Source: an uncultured beta proteobacterium
GTDB lineage: Bacteria > Pseudomonadota > Gammaproteobacteria > Burkholderiales > Burkholderiaceae_F
NCBI GenBank assembly: GCA_963702595.1
Contig: CAVPDC010000024.1
Coordinates: 12,593-76,592, forward strand
Reading direction: 5' to 3'
Length of the DNA: 64,000 nucleotides
The position numbers were made by a program, and so were the translations under genes. Shown here piece after piece: positions 29,860 to 38,466 of this stretch. The notes under the pieces are model-generated. The model was given only the letters and a program-made list of their open reading frames with translations, did not search any database and was not told the origin of the DNA. The stretch's first letter is position 1. Each line of letters opens with the position of its first letter.

Positions 29860-31757
29860 TGAACGTTCCGAAGGACGGCCGAACCCGGACCGAGGGCGCG
29901 GCACGCGCCGCTCGCCCTGTGCGGATCTCTGCCGTCAACGACTTCGTCGTCAAGTTTGCCAACGTCAATGGCTCCGGATCGGCCTCGGCCAACGAGCTGT
30001 TCGCCCGGAGCATCCTGCGCATGGGTGTTCCGGTGTCGCCGCGCAACATCTTTCCCTCGAATATCCAGGGCTTGCCGACCTGGTACGAAGTTCGAGTCAC
30101 CGAACAGGGGCATCTCGGGCGGCGCGGTGGGGTCGACCTGATGGTGGCGATGAACCCGCAGACCTGGGACCGCGACCTCAAGGAAATCGAACCCGGCGGC
30201 TACCTGCTGTACGACTCGACCCGCCCGACGCCGCCGAGCCGCCTGAGGGACGACATCTACATACTGCCGGTGCCGCTCACCGAGATCGCCGCAGCGAAGT
30301 TCGCCGATCCCAAGGAACGCCAGCTGCTGAAGAACATCATGTACGTTGGCGTGCTGGCGGCCACACTCGGCATCGAGCCTGAGGTCATCGCCCAACTGCT
30401 CGGCGAGCAGTACAAGGGCAAGGACCGGCTGGTCAAGCCCAACCTCGAAGCGTTCATGACGGGCCTGCACTACGGCCGCGAGCACCTCGAAGACGCGACT
30501 CAACTGCGGATTGTGCGCAGCGACAAGGTCGGCGACCGGATCTTCGTCGAAGGCAATGCGGCGACTGCGCTTGGCTGCGTCTACGGGGGCGCCACCGTCT
30601 GCGCCTGGTATCCGATCACGCCATCGACCTCGGTGGCCGAGGCGTTCCAGAAGTACTGCGCCAAGTTTCGCGTCGACGCTGCCACCGGACGCAACAAGTA
30701 CGCGGTGGTGCAGGCCGAGGACGAGCTGGCGTCCATCGGCATGGTGATCGGCGCCGGCTGGAACGGCGCGCGGGCGTTCACGGCCACCTCGGGCCCCGGC
30801 GTGTCTCTGATGACCGAGTTCATCGGCCTCGCGTACTTCGCCGAAGTGCCGGCGGTGATCATCAACGTGCAGCGCGGCGGACCGTCGACCGGAATGCCGA
30901 CGCGCACGCAGCAGTCGGACCTGCTCGCCTGTGCCTACGCCTCGCATGGCGATACCAAGCATGTACTGCTCTTTCCCGAGGACCCGCACGAGTGCTTCGA
31001 GTTCTCCGCCGCCGCTCTCGACCTGGCCGAGCGCCTGCAGACGCCGGTGTTCCTGATGACGGACCTCGACATCGGCATGAACCATCGGCTGTGCCGGCCG
31101 TTCAAGTGGGACGACACCCGGCGCTACGACCGCGGCAAGGTGATGGACACCGCCACGCTCGAATCCGGTGCCGACTTCGGCCGCTACCTCGACGTCGACG
31201 GTGACGGCATTCCCTACCGGACACTGCCGGGCTCGCATGCGACACGCGGCGCGTACTTCACGCGCGGCTCGACCAAGGACGCTTACGCGCGCTATTCCGA
31301 GGTCGGCTCCGACTACATCTACAACATGGAGCGGCTGCTGCGGAAGTTCGACACCGCCAGAGCACTGGTGCCGCAGCCGATCATCGGGCGCGCGCAAGGC
31401 AAGGCCGCCGCCGGCGTCATCTACTACGGCTCCACCAGCCCGGCGATGGCCGAAGCGCTCGCCCTGCTGCGCGCACAGGACGTCCAACTGGACCACCTGC
31501 GCGTGCGCGCCTTTCCGTTTCCGGACTCCGTCCAGGACTTCATCGCCCGCCACGAGACCGTGTTCGTCGTCGAGCAGAACCGCGATGCACAGTTGCGCAC
31601 GCTGCTGGTCAACGAACTCGGGATCGACCCCGCCCGGCTCGTGCCCGTCCTGCACTACGACGGCACGCCGATCACCGCGCGCTTCATCGTCAACGCTGTC
31701 GCGGAACGCGTGCAGGCGCGCAACGTGCGTGCACTCAAGCCCGGCAAGGCGGCCTGA
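29859..31757 (+). CDS. korA: 2-oxoacid:ferredoxin oxidoreductase alpha subunit (fused gamma+alpha domains)
   Basis: 632 aa. VNGSGSASAN gamma-domain motif. YPITPST and GPSTGMPT motifs. TGATG overlap with the upstream gene. Confidence 0.9.
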   Translation: MNVPKDGRTRTEGAARAARPVRISAVNDFVVKFANVNGSGSASANELFARSILRMGVPVSPRNIFPSNIQGLPTWYEVRVTEQGHLGRRGGVDLMVAMNPQTWDRDLKEIEPGGYLLYDSTRPTPPSRLRDDIYILPVPLTEIAAAKFADPKERQLLKNIMYVGVLAATLGIEPEVIAQLLGEQYKGKDRLVKPNLEAFMTGLHYGREHLEDATQLRIVRSDKVGDRIFVEGNAATALGCVYGGATVCAWYPITPSTSVAEAFQKYCAKFRVDAATGRNKYAVVQAEDELASIGMVIGAGWNGARAFTATSGPGVSLMTEFIGLAYFAEVPAVIINVQRGGPSTGMPTRTQQSDLLACAYASHGDTKHVLLFPEDPHECFEFSAAALDLAERLQTPVFLMTDLDIGMNHRLCRPFKWDDTRRYDRGKVMDTATLESGADFGRYLDVDGDGIPYRTLPGSHATRGAYFTRGSTKDAYARYSEVGSDYIYNMERLLRKFDTARALVPQPIIGRAQGKAAAGVIYYGSTSPAMAEALALLRAQDVQLDHLRVRAFPFPDSVQDFIARHETVFVVEQNRDAQLRTLLVNELGIDPARLVPVLHYDGTPITARFIVNAVAERVQARNVRALKPGKAA

Positions 31758-31767
31758 GGGGACCAAA

Positions 31768-32823
31768 ATGACGTATCTCGCCAAGCCGCGCTTGCACCAC
31801 CCCGCATTGCCGACCAATGCGCTCGGTCACACACGGCGCGACTACGAAGGCAAGATCTCTACGCTGTGTGCCGGGTGCGGCCACGACTCGATCTCGGCGG
31901 CGATCATCCAGGCGTGCTGGGAACTGTCGATCGAACCGCACCGCGTGGCCAAGCTGTCGGGCATCGGCTGTTCCTCGAAGACGCCGGACTACTTCCTGGG
32001 CATCTCGCATGGCTTCAACTCGGTCCACGGCCGCATGCCCTCGGTCATGACCGGTGCGAATCTTGCCAACCGGGACCTCATCTACCTGGGCGTATCGGGC
32101 GATGGTGATTCGGCGTCGATCGGCCTCGGCCAGTTTGCGCACCTGATCCGGCGCGGCGTCAACATGACCTATATCTGCGAGAACAACGGGGTCTACGGGC
32201 TGACCAAGGGCCAGTTCTCGGCCACCGCCGACCGTGGCTCCAAATCCAAGCGCGGGGCGGTCAACCGTGACGCTGCGATCGACATGGTGTCGCTGGCGCT
32301 GCAACTCGGCATCACCTATGTCGCGCGCAGCTTCTCAGGCGACAAGGACCAGCTCGTGCCGCTGATCAAGGGCGCGCTCAGCCACCGCGGTGCCGCGCTG
32401 CTCGACGTCATCAGCCCATGCGTGGCATTCAACAACCACGCCGGCAGCACCAAGAGCTACGACTACGTGCGCGAGCACAACGACGCCGTCAACCGTCTCG
32501 ACTTCATGCCGCGGCGCGAAGGCATCGTGGCCTCGTACGAGCCGGGCGAGGTCATCGAGATCACGCAGCACGACGGCAGCCGGTTGCGGCTGCGCAAGCT
32601 CACGGACGGCTTCGATCCGGGTGACGCGCTGGCGGCGATCAGCCACATCCACCAGCACCACGCGCGCGGCGAGATCGTCACGGGCCTGCTGTACGTCGAT
32701 CCGTCGGCCGACGACCTGCACGAGCACCTGAACACGGTGCCCACCCCATTGAACCGGCTGACGGAGACCGACCTCTGTCCGGGGTCTGCCGCGCTTCAAC
32801 GGCTGAACGCCGATCTCGCCTGA
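31768..32823 (+). CDS. korB: 2-oxoacid:ferredoxin oxidoreductase beta subunit (TPP-binding)
   Basis: 351 aa. CAGCGHDS cluster motif and TPP motif GDGDSASIG...ENNGVYGLTKGQ. Confidence 0.9.
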   Translation: MTYLAKPRLHHPALPTNALGHTRRDYEGKISTLCAGCGHDSISAAIIQACWELSIEPHRVAKLSGIGCSSKTPDYFLGISHGFNSVHGRMPSVMTGANLANRDLIYLGVSGDGDSASIGLGQFAHLIRRGVNMTYICENNGVYGLTKGQFSATADRGSKSKRGAVNRDAAIDMVSLALQLGITYVARSFSGDKDQLVPLIKGALSHRGAALLDVISPCVAFNNHAGSTKSYDYVREHNDAVNRLDFMPRREGIVASYEPGEVIEITQHDGSRLRLRKLTDGFDPGDALAAISHIHQHHARGEIVTGLLYVDPSADDLHEHLNTVPTPLNRLTETDLCPGSAALQRLNADLA

Positions 32824-33027
32824 GCGCAGTCCACTTCGCACAATGACGGGCCTGAGGCCCGGCTATCGGTCGCCGGCCGGCAACGGCGCGCGTGCCGTTG
32901 CCCCAGATCAATGCCTCTGTCGCATTCAGGGCCGATGCTCTTGCCTACGTGAGGCTTTCCGCCTCATCGCCCGCGGCAACCTCGCGCAGACGAGGGCGCG
33001 GGATCACGCAGCGCACGGGAGAGCACC

Positions 33028-33975
33028 ATGGCGCAGGCGAATGGCGCACAGGGATTCGAGATACTTGCGCGTGAGGACTACTCGGACGTCACCTACATGC
33101 TGGAGGTGGCCCACCCGATGATGGCGAAGGCCGCCAAGCCCGGCCAGTTTGTCATCGTCATGGAGCATGAGCACGGCGAGCGCATCCCGCTCACCATCGC
33201 CGACTTCGACCGCGAGCGCGGCACGATCACGCTGGTTATCCAGGCCGTCGGCAAGACCACCAAGGAGATGCAGGCCAGCTGCAAGGTCGGCACGCGGCTC
33301 TTCGCGATGGTCGGTCCGATGGGCATTCCGAGCCACATCGGTACCGCCAAGAAAGTGATCTGTGTCGGTGGTGGTCTCGGCGTCGCACCGGTTTACCCGC
33401 AGGCGCGCGCCTACAAGGAAAGTGGCGCCTACGTCATCGGCGTGGTCGGCTTCCGCAACAAGGACCTGATGTTCTGGCAGGACAAGTTCGCAGCGGTCTG
33501 CGACGAACTGATCGTCTGCACCGACGACGGTTCCGCCGGCATCAAGGGCCTCGTCACCGAAGGGATCAAGCAGGCCGTCGCCAGGCACTCTGATATCGAC
33601 GAAGTCGTGGCGATCGGACCGCCGATCATGATGAAGGGCTGCTCAGAGGCCACACGGGTGCACGGTATCAAGACGATGGTGAGCCTGAACCCCGTGATGG
33701 TCGACGGTACTGGCATGTGCGGCGGCTGCCGAGTCAAGGTTGGCGATCAGGTCAAGTTCGCGTGCGTCGACGGTCCCGACTTCGATGGCCACCAGGTCGA
33801 CTTCGACGACCTGATGTCGCGGCTGGTGCGCTACAAGCGCGCGGAGCACGACGCCATGGATCGCTGGCAGGAGTCGTGCAGGATCCGCGCCGACAAGGTG
33901 GTAGACCTCAAAACTGCGGTTCTCGGCGCCGACGCGGAAGTGCCGATCGACGTCCAGCCCAGCACCGACGGCTGA
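33028..33975 (+). CDS. nfnA: NfnA-like FAD/[2Fe-2S] subunit (sulfide dehydrogenase / PyrK-like, ferredoxin:NADP oxidoreductase small partner)
   Basis: 315 aa. PyrK-type fold (RIPLTIADFD, VGGGLGVAP) and a C-terminal CGGCRV...FACVDGPDF cluster motif. Confidence 0.8.
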   Translation: MAQANGAQGFEILAREDYSDVTYMLEVAHPMMAKAAKPGQFVIVMEHEHGERIPLTIADFDRERGTITLVIQAVGKTTKEMQASCKVGTRLFAMVGPMGIPSHIGTAKKVICVGGGLGVAPVYPQARAYKESGAYVIGVVGFRNKDLMFWQDKFAAVCDELIVCTDDGSAGIKGLVTEGIKQAVARHSDIDEVVAIGPPIMMKGCSEATRVHGIKTMVSLNPVMVDGTGMCGGCRVKVGDQVKFACVDGPDFDGHQVDFDDLMSRLVRYKRAEHDAMDRWQESCRIRADKVVDLKTAVLGADAEVPIDVQPSTDG

Positions 33976-33991
33976 CCGAGGAGCCGAACCT

Positions 33992-35496
33992 ATGGCGACC
34001 GCCAAGAAGAAAACGATCCGCACGATTCCGCAGGAGCGGACACCGATGCCGGAGCAGGACCCGCAGGTGCGGGCCCGCAACTTCGAGGAGGTGGCCTGCG
34101 GCTACCGGCTCGAGGACGCGCTGCGTGAGGCCGAGCGCTGCCTGCACTGCCCCGATGAGCCGTGCGTTCGCGGCTGCCCGGTCAGCATCGACATTCCGGC
34201 GTTCATCAAGAAGATCAGCGAGAAGCACTATCACGGCGCCTACGAGATCATCACCGACACTAACCTGCTGCCTTCCGTCTGCGGCCGCGTCTGCCCGCAG
34301 GAAAACCAGTGCGAAGGCGTGTGCACGGTCGGCGAGACACTCGAACCCGTGGCCATTGGCCGGCTCGAACGCTTCGTCGGCGACATGGCCATCGCAGAAG
34401 GATGGGAGAACGTTCCCTACATCGAGCCTTCAGGGTACAGGGTGGGCATCGTCGGCGCCGGGCCGGCCGGAATGGCGTGCGCCGCTGACATGGCCAAGGC
34501 CGGCTGCGAGGTCATCGTCTACGAAGCGTTCCACACACCGGGTGGCGTGCTGAAGTACGGCATCCCGGACTTCCGCCTTCCCAACGACGTCATCGATGCC
34601 GAGATCCAGAAGCTGCGCAACCTCGGCGTGCGTTTCGAGTGCAACACGCTGGTCGGCCGGCTCTTCACGATCGAGCAGATGGTGACCGAGATGGGCTTCC
34701 ATGCCGTGTTCATTGGTACGGGGGCGGGTTATCCGAGTTTCATGGGCATACCCGGCGAGTCGCTCAATGGCGTGCTGTCCGCCAATGAATTGCTCACACG
34801 CTGCAATCTGATGCGTGCGCGAGACTTCCCCAACTTCGATACGCCGCTGCAGCCGGGCAAGCACGTCGCCGTCATCGGTGCGGGCAACACGGCGATGGAC
34901 GCGCTGCGCGTGTCGCTGCGCCTGGGCGCCGAGTCGGTCCACTGCATCTACCGCCGCTCGAAGAAGGAAGCACCGGCACGCGTCGAGGAGATCCACCACG
35001 CGGAGCAGGAGGGAGTCGACTTCAACTGGCTGACCGCCCGGTCGAGATCCTGGGCGACAAGAGCAACAACGTGCGAGCGCTGCGCTGCGTGAAAATGGAA
35101 CTCGGCGAACCCGACGACTCGGGGCGACGTCGGCCGGTCGTCGTCCCCGGCAGCGAGTTCGAGTTCGAGGCCGACATGGTCGTGTTCGCCATCGGCACGA
35201 ATGCCAATCCCATCCTCGGCCAGACCTCAAAACTCAAGCTCAACAAGTGGGGCTACATCGCCACCGACGACAGCCTCGCCACGTCGATGTCCGGCGTCTG
35301 GGCCGGCGGCGACATCGTCACGGGCGCGGCCACGGTCATCCAGGCGATGGGCGCGGGCCGCAGGGCTGCTCGCGCGATGAAGGCCTACCTCGGCCTGCGC
35401 GACAGCGATGCCGTCTACGACACCGGGGCCGGCGGATCGCTCTTCGGCATTCCGCGCGAAGAGCACGGCTTTGCGCAGATCCGCGTCGCCCGCTAG
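33992..35496 (+). pseudogene. nfnB: NfnB-like GltD-family NADPH flavoprotein, interrupted by a 1-nt frameshift near 35036-35040 as sequenced
   Basis: Track ORFs 33992..35092 and 35071..35496 are two halves of one GltD/NfnB homologue. Restoring one C in gcccg gives ...DFNWLTAPVEILGDKSNNVRALRCVKMELGEPDDSGRRRP..., and 1505+1 nt makes 502 codons. Confidence 0.8.
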
Positions 35497-35535
35497 CCGC
35501 CGCACGCCACCGGAATTCGAAAGCAAGGAAGAAGC

Positions 35536-37428
35536 ATGAGCGCAGTCCTCGAACGCCCGTCGGCCACGGGCAAGGCCGGCACCAAGCCGGCGGTGAAGTT
35601 GCCCGAGCACATCGTTGAGGTTATCAGCGACTCGGGCGAAGGCGCCCAGCGCTGTGGCCAGGCATTCGCCTCGATTGCCGCTCGCAGCGGCAACGGCATC
35701 TGGACCGTGGAGATCATTCCCGCCGAGATCCAGCCGCCGGCGCGCAGCGTGGCCGGTGCCAGCGGCATCCGCATCCGCGTGGGCTCCAAGCATGTCAACA
35801 ACGGCGGCGACGAGACCGACCTCGTCGTTGCTTTCAACGAGCAGGTGTTGCTGGGACGGGTGCGCGCCGGCGAGCTCAAGCAGGGCGCGACGATCCTGCT
35901 GGAGAACATCTGGGCCGAACACCGTGACCCGGCCGTCGTGAAGTCCTACACCGACGCGGTGAAGGCACTGAAGGAGTCCGGGTTCCGCGTCATTGACCTG
36001 CCGCTCGAGAAGGAGTGCCGCTCCCTGATGAGCGACCCGCGCCGCGGCAAAAACATGTTCGTGCTCGGAGTGCTGGCGAGCATCTACAGCCTCGACCTGC
36101 AGCTGGCGCGCGACCAGATTGCGCTGACCTTCGGCAAGAAGGACCAGAAGGTCATCGACTCCAATGTCAAGCTGATGGAAGCCGGCTTCGCCTGGGGCGA
36201 AGCCAACCTCGACTTCAAGTACGAAATACCGGCCGAGAAGTCCAACGTGCCGCAGATCGTTGTCAACGGCAACACGGCGATCGCGCTCGGTGTCATCGCC
36301 TCGGGAATGGACATCTGTGCGATGTATCCGATCACGCCAGCCACGTCGGCCTCGCATTACCTGTCGGAGTGCTTCGAGAAGGTGGGCGGCATCGTGCACC
36401 AGGCCGAGGACGAAATTGCCGCCTGCGCCTTCGCGATCGGCGCCTCCTACGCTGGCCGCTGCGCGGTGACCATCACGTCCGGGCCGGGCTACTCACTGAA
36501 GCAGGAAGGCATCGGGCTGGCGGTGATGGCGGAGATCCCGCTGGTCGTTGTCAACGTGCAGCGCGGCGGGCCCAGCACCGGGCAGCCGACGAAGGTCGAA
36601 CAAGCTGATCTGCTGACCTCGATCTACGGCAGCCACGGCGACGCACCCAAGGTGGTGCTCGCAACGACCAGTATCGAGGACTGCTTCTATTCGATGATCA
36701 CGGCGCGCAAGATCGCCGAGACGTTCGGCATGGTGGTCGTGGTCCTGACCGACGCCAGCCTTGCGACCGCCCAGCAACCGTTTCCCCGCCCGATGTTCAG
36801 CGAGGAGTGGCTGGCACCGCCGATCGACCAGTCGCCTTTGCCCGAGGGCGCGAAGCCCTATGACTGGGACAAGATCACGGGCATCGCACGGCGGTTCTCG
36901 CCTGGGCAGCCGAACGGCATGCATACCGTGACCGGCCTTGCGCACGACCGTGCGAGCAAGGTGGCATACGACCCGATCATCAACGAGGAAGGTCTGCGCA
37001 TGCGCAGCCTGAAGCTGGCGACGCTGCAGAAGACGCTGAAGACGCCGCCGGTGTTCGGCGACCCGGAAGGCGACCTGCTGGTGGTCGGCTGGGGCAGCAC
37101 GCAGGGCGTCATCGAGGAGGCGGTGCAGCGACTGCGCGACGAAGGGCTCAAGGTTTCCGCGCTGCAGATGCGCTTCATCCAGCCAATGCCGTCGGGCATC
37201 AAGGACATCCTCAAGCGTTTCAGGAAAGTGATGACGGTCGAAGGGACGTGGGCCGATCGACCGCACGAAGACGAGATGATCGACGAAGAAAACCGCCGCT
37301 ACGCGCCGCTGGCGATGATGCTGCGCGCGCGCACTCTCGTCGACGTCGACTGCTGGACCGAGGCCAAGGGCCAGCCGATCAAGCCGGGACAGGTGGTCCA
37401 GGCTCTCCGCGCCAAGCTGGCCGAATAA
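35536..37428 (+). CDS. Second 2-oxoacid:acceptor oxidoreductase alpha subunit (mycobacterial KorA / Hydrogenobacter ForA-like)
   Basis: 630 aa. MYPITPATSAS and RGGPSTGQPTK motifs. RBS AAGGAAGAAG. Confidence 0.9.
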   Translation: MSAVLERPSATGKAGTKPAVKLPEHIVEVISDSGEGAQRCGQAFASIAARSGNGIWTVEIIPAEIQPPARSVAGASGIRIRVGSKHVNNGGDETDLVVAFNEQVLLGRVRAGELKQGATILLENIWAEHRDPAVVKSYTDAVKALKESGFRVIDLPLEKECRSLMSDPRRGKNMFVLGVLASIYSLDLQLARDQIALTFGKKDQKVIDSNVKLMEAGFAWGEANLDFKYEIPAEKSNVPQIVVNGNTAIALGVIASGMDICAMYPITPATSASHYLSECFEKVGGIVHQAEDEIAACAFAIGASYAGRCAVTITSGPGYSLKQEGIGLAVMAEIPLVVVNVQRGGPSTGQPTKVEQADLLTSIYGSHGDAPKVVLATTSIEDCFYSMITARKIAETFGMVVVVLTDASLATAQQPFPRPMFSEEWLAPPIDQSPLPEGAKPYDWDKITGIARRFSPGQPNGMHTVTGLAHDRASKVAYDPIINEEGLRMRSLKLATLQKTLKTPPVFGDPEGDLLVVGWGSTQGVIEEAVQRLRDEGLKVSALQMRFIQPMPSGIKDILKRFRKVMTVEGTWADRPHEDEMIDEENRRYAPLAMMLRARTLVDVDCWTEAKGQPIKPGQVVQALRAKLAE

Positions 37429-37451
37429 CTCGCAGCCAAGGAAACCAGCCG

Positions 37452-38438
37452 ATGGGCTCCGCACTCAGCCAATTCATCATCAAGCTGCACGAAGAACATC
37501 GCAGCCTCGAGGACTACCAGGGCGGCATACCGCGGTGGTGCAGCGGCTGCGGCGACAACGCCATCCTCACCGCGGTCCAGCGCCTGTGCCGCGACGAGAA
37601 CCTCGCTCCCGAGCGCACGGTGTTCGTGTCCGGGATCGGCTGCTCGAGCCGCTTCCCGCACTACATGAAGACCTACGGCTTCCACGGCATCCACGGCCGC
37701 GCGTTCCCGATCGCCGAGGGCGTGAAGATGGCGCGCCCGGACCTCGCCGTTTTCGTCAACACGGGCGACGGCGACTGCTGCTCGATCGGAGCCGCGCACT
37801 GGATCCACGCGATCCGGTACAACATGAACCTGACCGTGATCCTGCACGACAACCAGATCTATGGCCTGACGAAGAAGCAGGCGTCGCCCACCTCGCAGAT
37901 CGGCACGAAGAGCAACACGACGCCGCGCGGCAGCGTGCTCGAAGCGATGAACCCGCTGACGGTTACCCTCGGCGTGCAGAACGCCTCGTTCGTCGCACAG
38001 GGTGTCGACTGGATGCCCGAGGTGCTGTACGACATCATCGCCCGGGCCTACAGGCACCGTGGCTTCTCGTTCGTGCGCATCATCCAGCGCTGCCCTGAGT
38101 GGCTGCCTAAGACTTTCGAGGCGTGGGTGCACGACCCGGGCAAGACGCTGCTGCTCACGCACGCTAACGGCCTCACGCCGAGCGCCGAGACGAGCCGCAT
38201 TTACAAGAACCAGCGCGAGCACGATCCGCTGGACATCCACCGGGCGCGCGAGATCGCGTCGTCCGTGGACCCGATTCCTGTCGGCATTCTTTACCACGAC
38301 CCCAGCGTTCCTTGCTACGAGGACCTCCGCGGCGCCGGCGCGCCTCGCACCGCGGAAACGATCCGCGCCGGGCTCGACAGGGAATTCGACAAATTCACGA
38401 TCTGGCCGGACGAGGCACGCGAACCGCGCGCCGCCTGA
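37452..38438 (+). CDS. Second 2-oxoacid:acceptor oxidoreductase beta subunit (TPP-binding)
   Basis: 328 aa from the ATG at 37452. CSGCGDNA motif. TPP motif GDGDCCSIG...HDNQIYGLTKKQ. Confidence 0.9.
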   Translation: MGSALSQFIIKLHEEHRSLEDYQGGIPRWCSGCGDNAILTAVQRLCRDENLAPERTVFVSGIGCSSRFPHYMKTYGFHGIHGRAFPIAEGVKMARPDLAVFVNTGDGDCCSIGAAHWIHAIRYNMNLTVILHDNQIYGLTKKQASPTSQIGTKSNTTPRGSVLEAMNPLTVTLGVQNASFVAQGVDWMPEVLYDIIARAYRHRGFSFVRIIQRCPEWLPKTFEAWVHDPGKTLLLTHANGLTPSAETSRIYKNQREHDPLDIHRAREIASSVDPIPVGILYHDPSVPCYEDLRGAGAPRTAETIRAGLDREFDKFTIWPDEAREPRAA

Positions 38439-38466
38439 GCTGCCCCACTCATCGAGGTTCGCCGCC

